Shown in pieces: positions 8,953 to 18,672 of a stretch of 64,000 nucleotides of DNA. Below the pieces are notes generated by a model. It had not been told where the DNA came from. It searched no databases and saw only the letters and a program-made list of their open reading frames with translations. Origin of the DNA: an uncultured Rhodothermales bacterium (lineage in GTDB: Bacteria > Bacteroidota > Rhodothermia > Rhodothermales > VXPQ01); the NCBI GenBank assembly GCA_964554105.1, contig CAZKNF010000002.1:1-64000 (forward strand), in the 5' to 3' direction. How positions within the stretch are numbered: the stretch's first letter is position 1; the number at the start of each line of letters is the position of its first letter. The position numbers and the translations under genes are program-made.

Positions 8953-11073
8953 GTGAGCAAACCAATCGGAAGAAAGCGCATCAAGCGTGACGTTTTAAAC
9001 CTTCTCAAGAAGAACGGCAAAAAAGCATACCGTCCAAAGGAGCTTGCCCAACAACTCGGCTACAAGGACAACCGTGTCTTTGGCCAATTTCAGGACGTGC
9101 TCTCCGAATTGGACGAGCAAAATCTCGTCGAGAAGGCGAAAGGAGGGCGCTATGCCTACAAGCCTCGCCCGACCATCATCGAGGGCGTTCTTCGGGTGAA
9201 TCCGCAGGGTTTCGGCTTTGTCGAAGTCGAGAATCGCGAGGATGATCTTTTCGTTCGCGAATCCAAGATGAAGACGGCGCTTGACGGTGATCGCGTTCTC
9301 GTCGGACTGGCGGCCCCGAGCCGGGGTGATCGCCGGGTGGAAGCCGAAGTACTGAAGGTACTGGAGCGCAAGCGCACGAAAGTCGTCGGGTCGTTCCAGA
9401 CGATGGGTCACTTCGCCTTCGTCGTGCCGGACGACAACAGGGTCACACAAGACGTCTACGTGCCGGAATCGGAGTTCAACGGTGCATCCGATGGCGACAA
9501 AGTCGTCGCATCCATCGAACGATTCGATGACCGGCGAGCCTCGCCGGAGGGTCGCATCCTGATGGTTCTGGGTACCAGCAAGGACCCCGGTGTGCGCGTT
9601 CTTTCGCTGGCAATGAGCTTCGACGTCCGGTCGGGTTTCCCGGATGAGGCGATTGCCGAAGCGGATGCGATCCCGGAACGCATCGCGCCGGAGGAGATGG
9701 ACCGTCGTGCCGATCTACGTGACAAGGAAATCTTTACGATCGATCCCGAGGATGCGAAGGATTTCGACGACGCCGTCCACATCATAGAGCTCCCCAACGG
9801 CAATTACGAAATCGGCGTTCACATAGCCGACGTGAGCCATTACGTAACTCCCGGAACGGCGCTTGATGCCGAGGCCCTGGAGCGCGCCACGAGCGTGTAT
9901 CTCGTAGACCGCGTCGTTCCAATGCTTCCCGAAAAGCTGTCGAACAAGGTTTGTTCGCTGCGGCCGGAAGAAGACAAGCTCGCCTTCTCCATCATAATGG
10001 AGGTCTCTCGGCACGGCGCCGTAAAGGATTACGAGATAGCAGAGACGGTCATTAGATCCCACCATCGCTTCACGTACGAACAGGCTCAGCAGTTCGTCCA
10101 GGGAGGCTATCCCGAGCATCCGTTCGCTGAGCACGTGGTACGAGCCGGCAGGCTGGCGCGCACTTTGACGCAAAAGCGCATGCGCGCAGGGTCTGTCGAT
10201 TTTGATTTGCCGGAGATTCGCGTAGTCCTGGATGAAGATGGTAATCCGGTGGACATCGTTCGGAAGGAGCGGCAGGAAGCGAACCGCTTGATCGAGGAGT
10301 TCATGCTGCTCGCGAACCGCACGGTTGCGGAGCATATCGGCAAACGAAGTAACGCCAATCCTTTCGTGTATCGGATCCACGACAAGCCGGATGCGGAGAA
10401 AATCGCAAAACTCGCCGAATACGTCAGGGCTTTCGGGTATCGTCTCGAGCAAACGAAAAGCGGGACCGTCGAGTCGAGGCACCTGAATGCACTGCTGGAG
10501 CACGTAAAGGGTACGCCCGAAGAACCGGTGATCGAGGAGGCGGCCCTGAGGGCTATGTCGAAAGCCGTGTACTCAACGGTGAACATCGGGCATTACGGGC
10601 TAGGCTTCGGTCACTACAGTCACTTCACGAGTCCTATCCGGAGGTATCCCGATCTCATTGTTCACCGGCTTCTGAAGCTGTATGCCCTGGGCAGATTCGA
10701 CCCGGATGCCGACGGCCTTCAGCAAAAATGCGAGCACTGCTCGGAGCGCGAGAAGACGGCCACGCAGGCCGAAAGGGAATCCGTCAAACTCAAGCAGGTG
10801 GAATACATCCGGCAGCACCTCGGTGAGCAGTTTCCCGGCGTCGTCAGCGGAGTCACGAAGTTCGGTGTTTTTGTGGAGCTCTCCGATCTATTGGTCGAGG
10901 GAATGGTTCACGTTCGTGAGCTCGACGACGATTATTACGAGTATGACGAGCGCACCTACAGCCTCGTCGGCCGCGATACCGGAAGAACGTACCGGCTTGG
11001 AGACCGCGTCGAGGTCGTAGTGGCCGGGGCGAATCCCGAGAGCCGTGAGATCGACTTTACTTTTGCGGATTGA
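8953..11073 (+). CDS. rnr: ribonuclease R
   Basis: N-terminal HTH/cold-shock-like region, RNB catalytic motif (IDPEDAKDFDDAVHI), C-terminal S1 domain. 706 aa. GTG start. Confidence 0.9.
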   Translation: MSKPIGRKRIKRDVLNLLKKNGKKAYRPKELAQQLGYKDNRVFGQFQDVLSELDEQNLVEKAKGGRYAYKPRPTIIEGVLRVNPQGFGFVEVENREDDLFVRESKMKTALDGDRVLVGLAAPSRGDRRVEAEVLKVLERKRTKVVGSFQTMGHFAFVVPDDNRVTQDVYVPESEFNGASDGDKVVASIERFDDRRASPEGRILMVLGTSKDPGVRVLSLAMSFDVRSGFPDEAIAEADAIPERIAPEEMDRRADLRDKEIFTIDPEDAKDFDDAVHIIELPNGNYEIGVHIADVSHYVTPGTALDAEALERATSVYLVDRVVPMLPEKLSNKVCSLRPEEDKLAFSIIMEVSRHGAVKDYEIAETVIRSHHRFTYEQAQQFVQGGYPEHPFAEHVVRAGRLARTLTQKRMRAGSVDFDLPEIRVVLDEDGNPVDIVRKERQEANRLIEEFMLLANRTVAEHIGKRSNANPFVYRIHDKPDAEKIAKLAEYVRAFGYRLEQTKSGTVESRHLNALLEHVKGTPEEPVIEEAALRAMSKAVYSTVNIGHYGLGFGHYSHFTSPIRRYPDLIVHRLLKLYALGRFDPDADGLQQKCEHCSEREKTATQAERESVKLKQVEYIRQHLGEQFPGVVSGVTKFGVFVELSDLLVEGMVHVRELDDDYYEYDERTYSLVGRDTGRTYRLGDRVEVVVAGANPESREIDFTFAD

Positions 11074-11132
11074 TTTCTCGGATGAATCCGAGACTCGCGA
11101 CATATTAGAATAGACTTGCAAAGCACTCCGCT

Positions 11133-11645
11133 ATGGAACGCCAGAACCTGCGTGACCTGCAAGCCCCAATTAAGGCGAAATACCGCGACGACCCCGACGC
11201 TGCCGTGGTGACGCTTTGCGCGCGTGGACGCATCGGCGAGGGCGTAACCTGCAAGATTGAAACCGGAAGGGCAGTCGCCGAAGCCGGCCTCCACCCTGCC
11301 ACCGGCGGCGACGGAATGGCAGCATGTTCAGGTGACATGCTTCTGGAGGCGCTTGCAGCCTGTGCTGGTGTCACAATGAATGCCGTCGCAACGTCGCTCG
11401 GCATTTCCCTGCGCGACGGCGTCGTAACGGCAGAGGGCGACCTGGATTTTCGTGGCACGCTGGCCGTCTCGAAGGAGGCGCCCGTCGGGTTTCGTGCCAT
11501 CCGCCTCCACTTCGATCTCGACACGGATGCATCCCCTGAAGAGCTGGCAACGCTCCGTAAACTGACGGAACGATACTGCGTCGTCTACCAAACGCTGCGC
11601 TCCCAACCACCTATCGACGTCACACACTCGACGGGTCCCGTGTAA
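11133..11645 (+). CDS. OsmC/Ohr family peroxiredoxin-like protein
   Basis: 170 aa with an OsmC-like fold signature (two conserved Cys, ...ACSGDMLLEALAACAGVT...). The stop overlaps the next gene's ATG (TAATG). Confidence 0.75.
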   Translation: MERQNLRDLQAPIKAKYRDDPDAAVVTLCARGRIGEGVTCKIETGRAVAEAGLHPATGGDGMAACSGDMLLEALAACAGVTMNAVATSLGISLRDGVVTAEGDLDFRGTLAVSKEAPVGFRAIRLHFDLDTDASPEELATLRKLTERYCVVYQTLRSQPPIDVTHSTGPV

Positions 11646-12250
11646 TGGAGGCCATCTACCTGATCTGCCTGCTCGTCGGAGGGTTCTTCGTCCTCCTTTC
11701 CATGCTTGGAGGAGGGGACACAGATGCGGACGTTGATTTCGATGGGGAGATCGACGTGGAGTTCGAGACGGAAATCGAGGGGGATTTCGACACGCAGGCC
11801 GATACGATTAGTGGAGCGGATATGGCGGACGCCGGTCCAGGGCTCGTCGACCTGTTGTCCGTTCGGGCGCTCTTTCTCTTTGCCGCCTTCTTTGGTCTCA
11901 CCGGCACGGCACTCTCACTGCTTGGCAGCAGCGAACCTATGACAGCCGTACTCGCCACCGTCGTCGGGCTCGTCACCGGCCTCGGCGGCAACTACATCAT
12001 CAAGCGCGTGGGCTATGCGCATATCTCCAGCGACGTTGAAAGCCGCGAGCTAAAAGGAATGACTGGAAAGGTTGTCGTTCCGTTCGACGGGCAGGAAAAA
12101 GGGAAGATCAGCCTTGTCGCACGGGGACATCGACTTCAGATCATGGCCCGTGCCTTCGAAAATCAGACGATCGATACCTTCCGTCCGGGAGACGACGTCG
12201 TCGTCGTCCGGTTCGACGGTGCCGTCGCAGAGGTCGTCAAGCCGGAATAG
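11645..12250 (+). CDS. NfeD-family membrane protein (OB-fold, flotillin-associated)
   Basis: N-terminal TM helices and a C-terminal OB-fold segment (GKVVVPFDGQEKGKISLVARGHRLQIMARA). Sits immediately upstream of an SPFH/flotillin gene. An unusual acidic linker (DTDADVDFDGEIDVEFETEIEGDFD) lies between the TM helices. Confidence 0.7.
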   Translation: MEAIYLICLLVGGFFVLLSMLGGGDTDADVDFDGEIDVEFETEIEGDFDTQADTISGADMADAGPGLVDLLSVRALFLFAAFFGLTGTALSLLGSSEPMTAVLATVVGLVTGLGGNYIIKRVGYAHISSDVESRELKGMTGKVVVPFDGQEKGKISLVARGHRLQIMARAFENQTIDTFRPGDDVVVVRFDGAVAEVVKPE

Positions 12251-12346
12251 GGACGTCGCGCACTTTCGTTCGTATATTGAGATCGGATCGGACGAGAGTC
12301 TCTCCTGTTCACGTGAACGCTCGCCTCAACCAGACCGGATCCTGAT

Positions 12347-13636
12347 ATGACCGCACTCGTCATCTCCGCCATACTCGTTGCCGCCTTCCTGACGATACTC
12401 GGCATCGTCCGCGCCAATCTCAAGATCTGTCAGCCCAATGAGGTTCTCATCTTCAGCGGCAGGAGGCGCGCGCTTACGGACGGCTCATCGCTTGGTTACC
12501 GCGTCATCCGAGGTGGGCGAGGTTTTCGGATTCCGATCCTTGAGCGCGTCGACCGCCTCGGGCTCAATACGATACCCATCGACCTGACGGTTACCAATGC
12601 GTACTCTAAAGGCGGCATTCCTCTAGCCGTGCGGGCCATCGCAAATGTGAAGGTCGCCTCGACGGAGCCGGAGCTCAATAACGCGGTCGAACGGCTGCTC
12701 GGCAAACCGCTCAATGACATCCAGCTCATTGCCAAGGAGACGCTCGAAGGCAACCTGCGAGGAGTCGTCGCCCTCCTGTCGCCGGAAGAGGTGAACGAGG
12801 ACCGTCTGAAGTTTGCGAGGGAGCTCGTCCAGGAAGCCGATACCGATCTATCGGCCCTCGGCCTGCAGCTCGATACGTTCAAAATTCAGAGCGTCGAGGA
12901 CGACCGGGGATATCTGAATGCCATCGGCCGTCAGCAGACCGCTCACATCATTGCTGCGGCTGAGATTGCCGAAGCCGACCGGCACGAGGCCGCACGCCTG
13001 GCCGAAGCGAGGGTGGACAAGTCGGTTGCGGAAGCAGAGAATGAGGTGAGGATCATCAAAGCCCAGCTCGCCGCCAAGTCGGAAGCCGAGGAAGCGAAAA
13101 TCGACGTCGCCGCCGACCTGGCCAGAGCCACTGCCGAGCAGGAGCTGGCCGTCCAGGAGATCGAGCTTGCCGAGAAACGACAGCGCGCCCAGATCGTCGT
13201 CAAGGCCGAGGCTGAGCGACGCGCCAAAGAAGAAGCCGCGAAAGGCAATGCGGCGCGCATCTTCGAAGACGGTCAGGCTGAAGTCGAGGTCTTGCGCCGC
13301 AAGCTTTCGCTCTGGCAGCAGGCCGGACCCGATGCTGAGCGTCTCTTCCTCATTCAGATGCTCCCTGATATCCTGAAGGAGGTCATCAAAACGGTCGACA
13401 ATCTAAAAATCGACAAACTCACTGTGGTCGACGGCGGACGTGCCGGCGAGGGCGTCCCGGCCGTATTCAGTCAGATCGCCGGCTCCACACCAGCACTCCT
13501 AGAAAGCCTGAAGGCGTCGACCGGCGTCGACATAGCCGCTCTCCTCAACCGTGCTCATTCTGAGTCCAACGTTTCCAATTTGTCGGGAAGCGACGGTGAC
13601 AGTCTGAGTGTTGACGCTCCGAACTCAGAGATCTGA
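12347..13636 (+). CDS. flotillin / SPFH (band 7) domain protein
   Basis: N-terminal TM anchor, SPFH domain, then a long Ala/Glu-rich coiled-coil (EAEAERRAKEEAAKG...). 429 aa. Classic NfeD partner. Confidence 0.8.
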   Translation: MTALVISAILVAAFLTILGIVRANLKICQPNEVLIFSGRRRALTDGSSLGYRVIRGGRGFRIPILERVDRLGLNTIPIDLTVTNAYSKGGIPLAVRAIANVKVASTEPELNNAVERLLGKPLNDIQLIAKETLEGNLRGVVALLSPEEVNEDRLKFARELVQEADTDLSALGLQLDTFKIQSVEDDRGYLNAIGRQQTAHIIAAAEIAEADRHEAARLAEARVDKSVAEAENEVRIIKAQLAAKSEAEEAKIDVAADLARATAEQELAVQEIELAEKRQRAQIVVKAEAERRAKEEAAKGNAARIFEDGQAEVEVLRRKLSLWQQAGPDAERLFLIQMLPDILKEVIKTVDNLKIDKLTVVDGGRAGEGVPAVFSQIAGSTPALLESLKASTGVDIAALLNRAHSESNVSNLSGSDGDSLSVDAPNSEI

Positions 13637-13641
13637 ACACC

Positions 13642-13674
13642 GAGCCTGGAATGCCGCATTTCGATTCCAGGCTC
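13642..13674. terminator. hairpin between convergent flotillin and nagB-like genes (putative bidirectional terminator)
   Basis: 11-bp perfect inverted repeat GAGCCTGGAAT-(11 nt)-ATTCCAGGCTC in the 50-bp gap between convergent gene ends. No obvious U-tract. Confidence 0.45.
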
Positions 13675-13686
13675 GTGCGTCCGGAC

Positions 13687-15714
13687 TCATAACTCGTACT
13701 GTGTAACGTACGCCTCTGCGGCATAGAACTCGGGAAGTCCCAGCTTATTCATCGCTTTCGCCGTATTGAGATTTCGGTCGCTCGCGCGCTGCCAGAATTC
13801 CCGTTCATCATAAGCGCCGGGAAACATCGCTCGGTCTTTCTGACTCTCGTGCTTGTAAATGGCCTGCACCTTGCGATCCAGATCTGCCTTCGACATCGGC
13901 ATAAAGATATCGGCCCGGTAAATCTCCCACTCCTGCCATGCCCCTCGATACAGCCACACGAGAGGCCGCCGGAACGCGCCGTCGCCAGATGACGACGCAC
14001 CGTTGCCCGTCAACTCCGATTTGGACTCCGCCTCGAACTCGACCGGCTTGTCGATGGTAGCCTGTTTTACGCGGTGCTGATTATAGCGCTCGAGAGCTTG
14101 ACCGATCGCCTGATAGCACATCCGGTGCGTCCCGTGAGGATCGGACAAATCTCCCGCCACAAAGATATGATCCGGACTCAGCTCCTCGAGCAGGTCCAGG
14201 ACCACTTTGACGTCCGCCTCGCCTATCGGATCTTTGCGAACCCGGCCCGTCTTGTAGAACGGCATGTCAAGGAAACGGGCATTGTCGCCGCTCAGACCCA
14301 TGACTTCCAGCCCTTCGATGGCTTCAGCATATCGGATGTATGCTTTGATGGCCTGCACGTCTTCGATGTCGACCTGTCCGGGCGCCTTCTGCTCGAGAAA
14401 CTTTAGGATCTTTTTACGACGCGCATCTACATCTCTTCGGCTCTTTTCGTCGAAGCCCATCAGGTCGATGCTCATCTCGATGAAACGCAGGTAACGACGT
14501 ACGTCGGCATCGAAGACGGCGACCGATCCATTGGTCATGTAGGCCACGGTCAACTCGTTTCCGTTCGAGACGAGCTTGTCCAGCATGCCTCCCATCGAGA
14601 TCACGTCGTCGTCCGGATGCGGACTGAAGACGATCACCTTCTGATCCTTTATCAGCCCGTCCCTGTAGGTCACGCGCCGCCGAAGGTCTTCGAAAACCGT
14701 GCGACATAGATTGTCGATGCTGTCGTACGCGTAAACGAGCTCGTGGAGGTGATTGCGATAAAAGTCCGCCTCCTCTAGTGTGAGAATCGCTTTTTCGAGC
14801 TTCTCCGAAAGCCAGATCACGGCGCGTTTGGCCATGACCGGGTCCCACTCTACCGGTTTCACGATCCACGGCGTCTTCTCACGCGTGAGATCGCCGGCCG
14901 CAGCCCGATCGACGTAAAACGTGCCGTTGCGATGCAACTGGAGGTAGGTCGCCGTCACCCGGCGATTCGGCTCCTCTTCTACCGCCCGGCGCACGATGGG
15001 CGCCTTGTGTTCGCCGGTTGCCAGGAGAATCACCTCACGCGCATCGAGAATCGTGCCGACGCCCATCGTAACCGCCTGGCGAGGCACATTCTCCTCGCCG
15101 AAGAAATCGCTCGCGGCATCTTTCCGCGTGATTTCATCGAGTACGATCAGGCGCGTCCGCGTGTCGGGGCCGGAGCCCGGCTCGTTAAAACCGATGTGGC
15201 CGCTTCGTCCGATGCCAAGGAGAACGAGATCCAGGCCACCCGCCTTCTCGATCTCGTGTTCGTACATATGGCAGTACGACTCGATTTCATCCGCCGAAAC
15301 ATCGCCCCTCGGAATATGAATGTTGTTCTCGGGGATGTTGATGTGATCGAAGAAGTTCTCCCGCATAAACCGATGGTAGCTCTGAAGGCTGTCCGGTTCG
15401 ATCGGATAATATTCGTCGATGTTGAACGTGACGAGTTTCGAGAAATCGAGACCGTCCTCTTTGTGCATCCGAATCAGATTCTGGTACACGCCGATCGGCG
15501 TCGATCCGGTAGGCAGCCCGAGCACGACGTTCTTGCCGACCGTTTTCCCTTCCTCGATCAATCCCGCGATGCGTTTTGCGACCTGGCGCGCCATAGCGCC
15601 CGGATCATCAAAAATGAGCACCGGGACACGTTCGAGTTGAGCACCGGGTATGGAGGTTCGACCCGGCGATGGGCCAACATCTCGCGTTACCGCTCGCTCA
15701 GAGTAGTTCTTCAT
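13687..15714 (-). CDS. long-form glucosamine-6-phosphate deaminase (NagB domain) fused to a PIG-L/LmbE-like deacetylase domain
   Basis: N-terminal half carries the NagB motifs (VVLGLPTGSTPIGVYQNLI...FNIDEYY...). C-terminal half carries the LmbE/PIG-L signature VIVFSPHPDDDVISMGG. 675 aa. Confidence 0.8.
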   Translation of the reverse strand: MKNYSERAVTRDVGPSPGRTSIPGAQLERVPVLIFDDPGAMARQVAKRIAGLIEEGKTVGKNVVLGLPTGSTPIGVYQNLIRMHKEDGLDFSKLVTFNIDEYYPIEPDSLQSYHRFMRENFFDHINIPENNIHIPRGDVSADEIESYCHMYEHEIEKAGGLDLVLLGIGRSGHIGFNEPGSGPDTRTRLIVLDEITRKDAASDFFGEENVPRQAVTMGVGTILDAREVILLATGEHKAPIVRRAVEEEPNRRVTATYLQLHRNGTFYVDRAAAGDLTREKTPWIVKPVEWDPVMAKRAVIWLSEKLEKAILTLEEADFYRNHLHELVYAYDSIDNLCRTVFEDLRRRVTYRDGLIKDQKVIVFSPHPDDDVISMGGMLDKLVSNGNELTVAYMTNGSVAVFDADVRRYLRFIEMSIDLMGFDEKSRRDVDARRKKILKFLEQKAPGQVDIEDVQAIKAYIRYAEAIEGLEVMGLSGDNARFLDMPFYKTGRVRKDPIGEADVKVVLDLLEELSPDHIFVAGDLSDPHGTHRMCYQAIGQALERYNQHRVKQATIDKPVEFEAESKSELTGNGASSSGDGAFRRPLVWLYRGAWQEWEIYRADIFMPMSKADLDRKVQAIYKHESQKDRAMFPGAYDEREFWQRASDRNLNTAKAMNKLGLPEFYAAEAYVTQYEL

Positions 15715-15799
15715 GACGTAGATGGCTCCGCTTGCGCTGTGAGTTTGTTACGAATGCTTGCAGCGTTCCTGATATTTGTTCGATACGAACCGAAATCGA

Positions 15800-17110
15800 T
15801 CATCCGGATCTTGTAGTGACGTCGTCGTGAATTACAGTCAATGCCTCGCGCTGCGCTGCCAGCGTCCGCTCAATCTCTTCCTCACCATGCCGGACGGAGA
15901 GGAAGAATGCCTCGAACTGAGACGGCGCAAGGTATACGCCGCGGTTCAACATTTCGTGGAAGTAGCGTCCGTACGTTTCCGTATCGCACGTGCGTGCATC
16001 ACTATAGTTCGCTACGTGCTCCGTCGTGAAGAACAGCGTTCCCATCGAACCGACGTGTGTAGAATAATAATCAAGACCGAGTTCGGACACGTTCTTTTCC
16101 GTGCCCTCGGCCAGACGGCGTCCGGAAGCCTCGAGACGGTTATACAGTCCCGCGTCATCCGCAATATGGCGCAGCACCGCCAGTCCGGCCGCCATCGCCA
16201 GCGGATTCCCCGACAGCGTACCCGCCTGATACACCGGACCGTTCGGCGACAGATGGTCCATAATTTCACGCCGTCCTCCGTAAGCTCCCACTGGAAGTCC
16301 GCCGCCTATCACTTTCCCGAGCGTCGTGAGGTCGGGCTTCACGCCGTAGCGCTGCTGCGCCCCTCCCCTCGCGACACGGAACCCGGTCATCACCTCATCA
16401 AAAATTAAAACGATCTCCTCTTCATCGCACAAGGCCCTGAGCCCCTCGAGAAACCCTGGCACAGGTGGAATGCAGCCCATATTTCCGGCTACCGGCTCGA
16501 CAATCACTGCCGCAATTTCGCCGGCATGCTCAGAGGCTAGTCGGCGCACGTCGTCGATGTCGTTGTGGCGAGCGATCAACGTGTCACGGGCCGTACCTGC
16601 TGTAACTCCGGGGGAGTTCGGCCGGCCGAAAGTCGTAGCGCCGCTGCCCGCTGCGATGAGAAAAAAATCCGCGTGACCGTGATAGTTGCCCTCGAACTTG
16701 ATGACTTTGTCCCGTCCGGTGTAACCGCGCGCCAACCGAACCGCACTCATCGTAGCTTCGGTCCCCGAATTCACCATCCGAAGCATTTCAATCGACGGCA
16801 CCAGCTCGCAGACGAGTTCGGCGATCTCGACCTCGAGACGTGTTGGTGCGCCGAAGGAGGTCGAATCGATCGCCGCCTTCCTGACCGCCTCCACGACGGC
16901 CGGTTCGGCATGGCCCAGAAGCATCGGGCCCCATGATCCAACATAGTCAATGTATCGCTTTCCATCCTCGTCTTCGACGTACGCACCTTCCGCTCGACGG
17001 ATGAAAATCGGCACTCCTCCGACTCCCTTGAAGGCTCGGACCGGCGAGTTGACCCCCCCGGGCATCACGCGGAGGGCTCGATCGAATAGTCGACTGCTCT
17101 CGTCCAGCAT
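15800..17110 (-). CDS. hemL: glutamate-1-semialdehyde 2,1-aminomutase
   Basis: [27 protein letters not shown] is the conserved HemL N-terminus, and a class-III aminotransferase PLP-lysine region is present. The ORF-track start (17221) adds a 37-aa non-conserved extension, so the start was set at the internal ATG. Confidence 0.9.
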   Translation of the reverse strand: MLDESSRLFDRALRVMPGGVNSPVRAFKGVGGVPIFIRRAEGAYVEDEDGKRYIDYVGSWGPMLLGHAEPAVVEAVRKAAIDSTSFGAPTRLEVEIAELVCELVPSIEMLRMVNSGTEATMSAVRLARGYTGRDKVIKFEGNYHGHADFFLIAAGSGATTFGRPNSPGVTAGTARDTLIARHNDIDDVRRLASEHAGEIAAVIVEPVAGNMGCIPPVPGFLEGLRALCDEEEIVLIFDEVMTGFRVARGGAQQRYGVKPDLTTLGKVIGGGLPVGAYGGRREIMDHLSPNGPVYQAGTLSGNPLAMAAGLAVLRHIADDAGLYNRLEASGRRLAEGTEKNVSELGLDYYSTHVGSMGTLFFTTEHVANYSDARTCDTETYGRYFHEMLNRGVYLAPSQFEAFFLSVRHGEEEIERTLAAQREALTVIHDDVTTRSG

Positions 17111-17204
17111 GTTACGGTGAGCTTCTTCGGTGATGGATTTACCTCGACGCAGATCTGCTGCCCATAAGCTATGGATTGGCGCCGGAAAACTCCGCGCCTG
17201 CTTT

Positions 17205-18530
17205 CTATTCTTTACCTGCATTCTTGACCGGCGCGCTGGGCTCGATCCGGGGTGTATCCCATTGGTGCGCTTCGGTGATGCATTCGCACTGATGGCATCG
17301 AGTGGTACGCTCGGTTGAGCGGATCCGCGGCAGCGCGTGCAGCGGACGAAGCGGATACGGCTCGCCGCTGGCTGTACCGTCGCCAGAGGCGCTCACGCGG
17401 CCCACGCCTCCAGGCAGATCAAGCTGGGCTACAACCGCTTCGGCAAGCGCCTGGATGAACAGAGGATGGCAATTCAGTCCGGATGTGACCTCGAAATGCC
17501 GGCAGCCGGCCTCCTCGGCTTCATGACGAAGCTCGACGTCGAGCTCAAACGCGGTTTCGATGTGATCCGTGACGAACGCGACAGGCACGATCAGCAGTGC
17601 CTCCCGTCCTTCTTTGGCAAGCTGCGTCACTTTGTCCGCCGTACTCGGAGTGAGCCATTCGGATGGCCCCACTTTGCTCTGGAAGGCGACGTGAAACGGC
17701 CGGTCATGACTCCGCTGGACCATCACACGGTCGACCGTCGAATGAATCAGGCAGCAATACGGATCGCGGCGGCCCTTCATTTCCTTCAAAGGCGTGCCGT
17801 GCGCACTGAACACCAGATGAACTCGCTCGCGCATCGAGCGTGGAAATCGCTGCAGCGCTTCGTCGATGCGCTCCGACACCGCCTGGACGTACTTGGGATT
17901 GGCGGCATACTCGAAGACGTAGGTCGTATCCCACTTCGGGATCTCAGACTCGGCCTCGAGCATCCACCAGTAGATGAGTGACGAGCCGGTCGTCGTCTTC
18001 GAATACTGAGGGTATAGCGGAAGCAGGACGACCTTATTGATGCCGTCTCGCTTCATCTCGTCCGCAGTCTCTTCACTCAGAGGATGCCAGTAGCGCATCG
18101 CAATGTACGTGCGAAACTGGGCGCCGGCGTCGTCGCCGTACTGACGCTGCAATCGAGTTTCGAGGGTACGGGCCTGCTCTCTGGTGAGTCGGTTGATGGG
18201 AGAACCGCCTCCAATCTGGTCGTAGTCGTCCCCTACGCGCTGTGATCGTCGTGAAGAAATGTACTTGCAGAGCCAGTGCCGCAAAACGCCGCCAAGCGGG
18301 ATATCGATGATGGCGGGATCCATAAACAGGTTGTAGAGGAACGGTGCAACGTCCTCCCGCTTGTTCGGACCTCCGAGATTTAACAGCACCACCCCGATGC
18401 GGTCGCCCTGCTCGATGGTAAGAGGCTGCCTTGAAAAATACTCACCTGTGACGAGCCTCTTGTCGTAGCGGTACCGTTTTAAAAACTCGCGCGGTGTCAT
18501 GCGGTGGTTCGTCGTGAGTGACGCGGTCAT
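17205..18530 (-). CDS. hemH: ferrochelatase with N- and C-terminal extensions (Cys-rich C-terminus)
   Basis: [10 protein letters not shown]...LLPLYPQYS...VFSAHGTPL...[17 protein letters not shown] are ferrochelatase motifs. The C-terminal ~70-aa extension ends ...[15 protein letters not shown]. Confidence 0.85.
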   Translation of the reverse strand: MTASLTTNHRMTPREFLKRYRYDKRLVTGEYFSRQPLTIEQGDRIGVVLLNLGGPNKREDVAPFLYNLFMDPAIIDIPLGGVLRHWLCKYISSRRSQRVGDDYDQIGGGSPINRLTREQARTLETRLQRQYGDDAGAQFRTYIAMRYWHPLSEETADEMKRDGINKVVLLPLYPQYSKTTTGSSLIYWWMLEAESEIPKWDTTYVFEYAANPKYVQAVSERIDEALQRFPRSMRERVHLVFSAHGTPLKEMKGRRDPYCCLIHSTVDRVMVQRSHDRPFHVAFQSKVGPSEWLTPSTADKVTQLAKEGREALLIVPVAFVTDHIETAFELDVELRHEAEEAGCRHFEVTSGLNCHPLFIQALAEAVVAQLDLPGGVGRVSASGDGTASGEPYPLRPLHALPRIRSTERTTRCHQCECITEAHQWDTPRIEPSAPVKNAGKE

Positions 18531-18672
18531 ACACCTGTTTAGCAGGAAATCTAGCCTTTCAGTTCCTCCTGATGGTTGAACTTTCCACTAACTCCATCCT
18601 CCCACGCATCTATCGCTCCCCATCCGGTGCCATCGCATTGCCGCAATCCATAAGCGCTTGATATACCAAGGG

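Noticed and set aside
17111-17221. Upstream extensions in ORF-track starts (hemL 17221, prsW 22805, HDAC 27266, nth 56173, pgk 62400, lonN 52842, porU 50668, dolichol-kinase-like 22742)
   Set aside because: Alignment to conserved family N-termini, signal-peptide position, and the GTG/TTG nature of several track starts indicate that downstream ATGs are the real starts. The track appears to report the longest ORF from any ATG/GTG/TTG.
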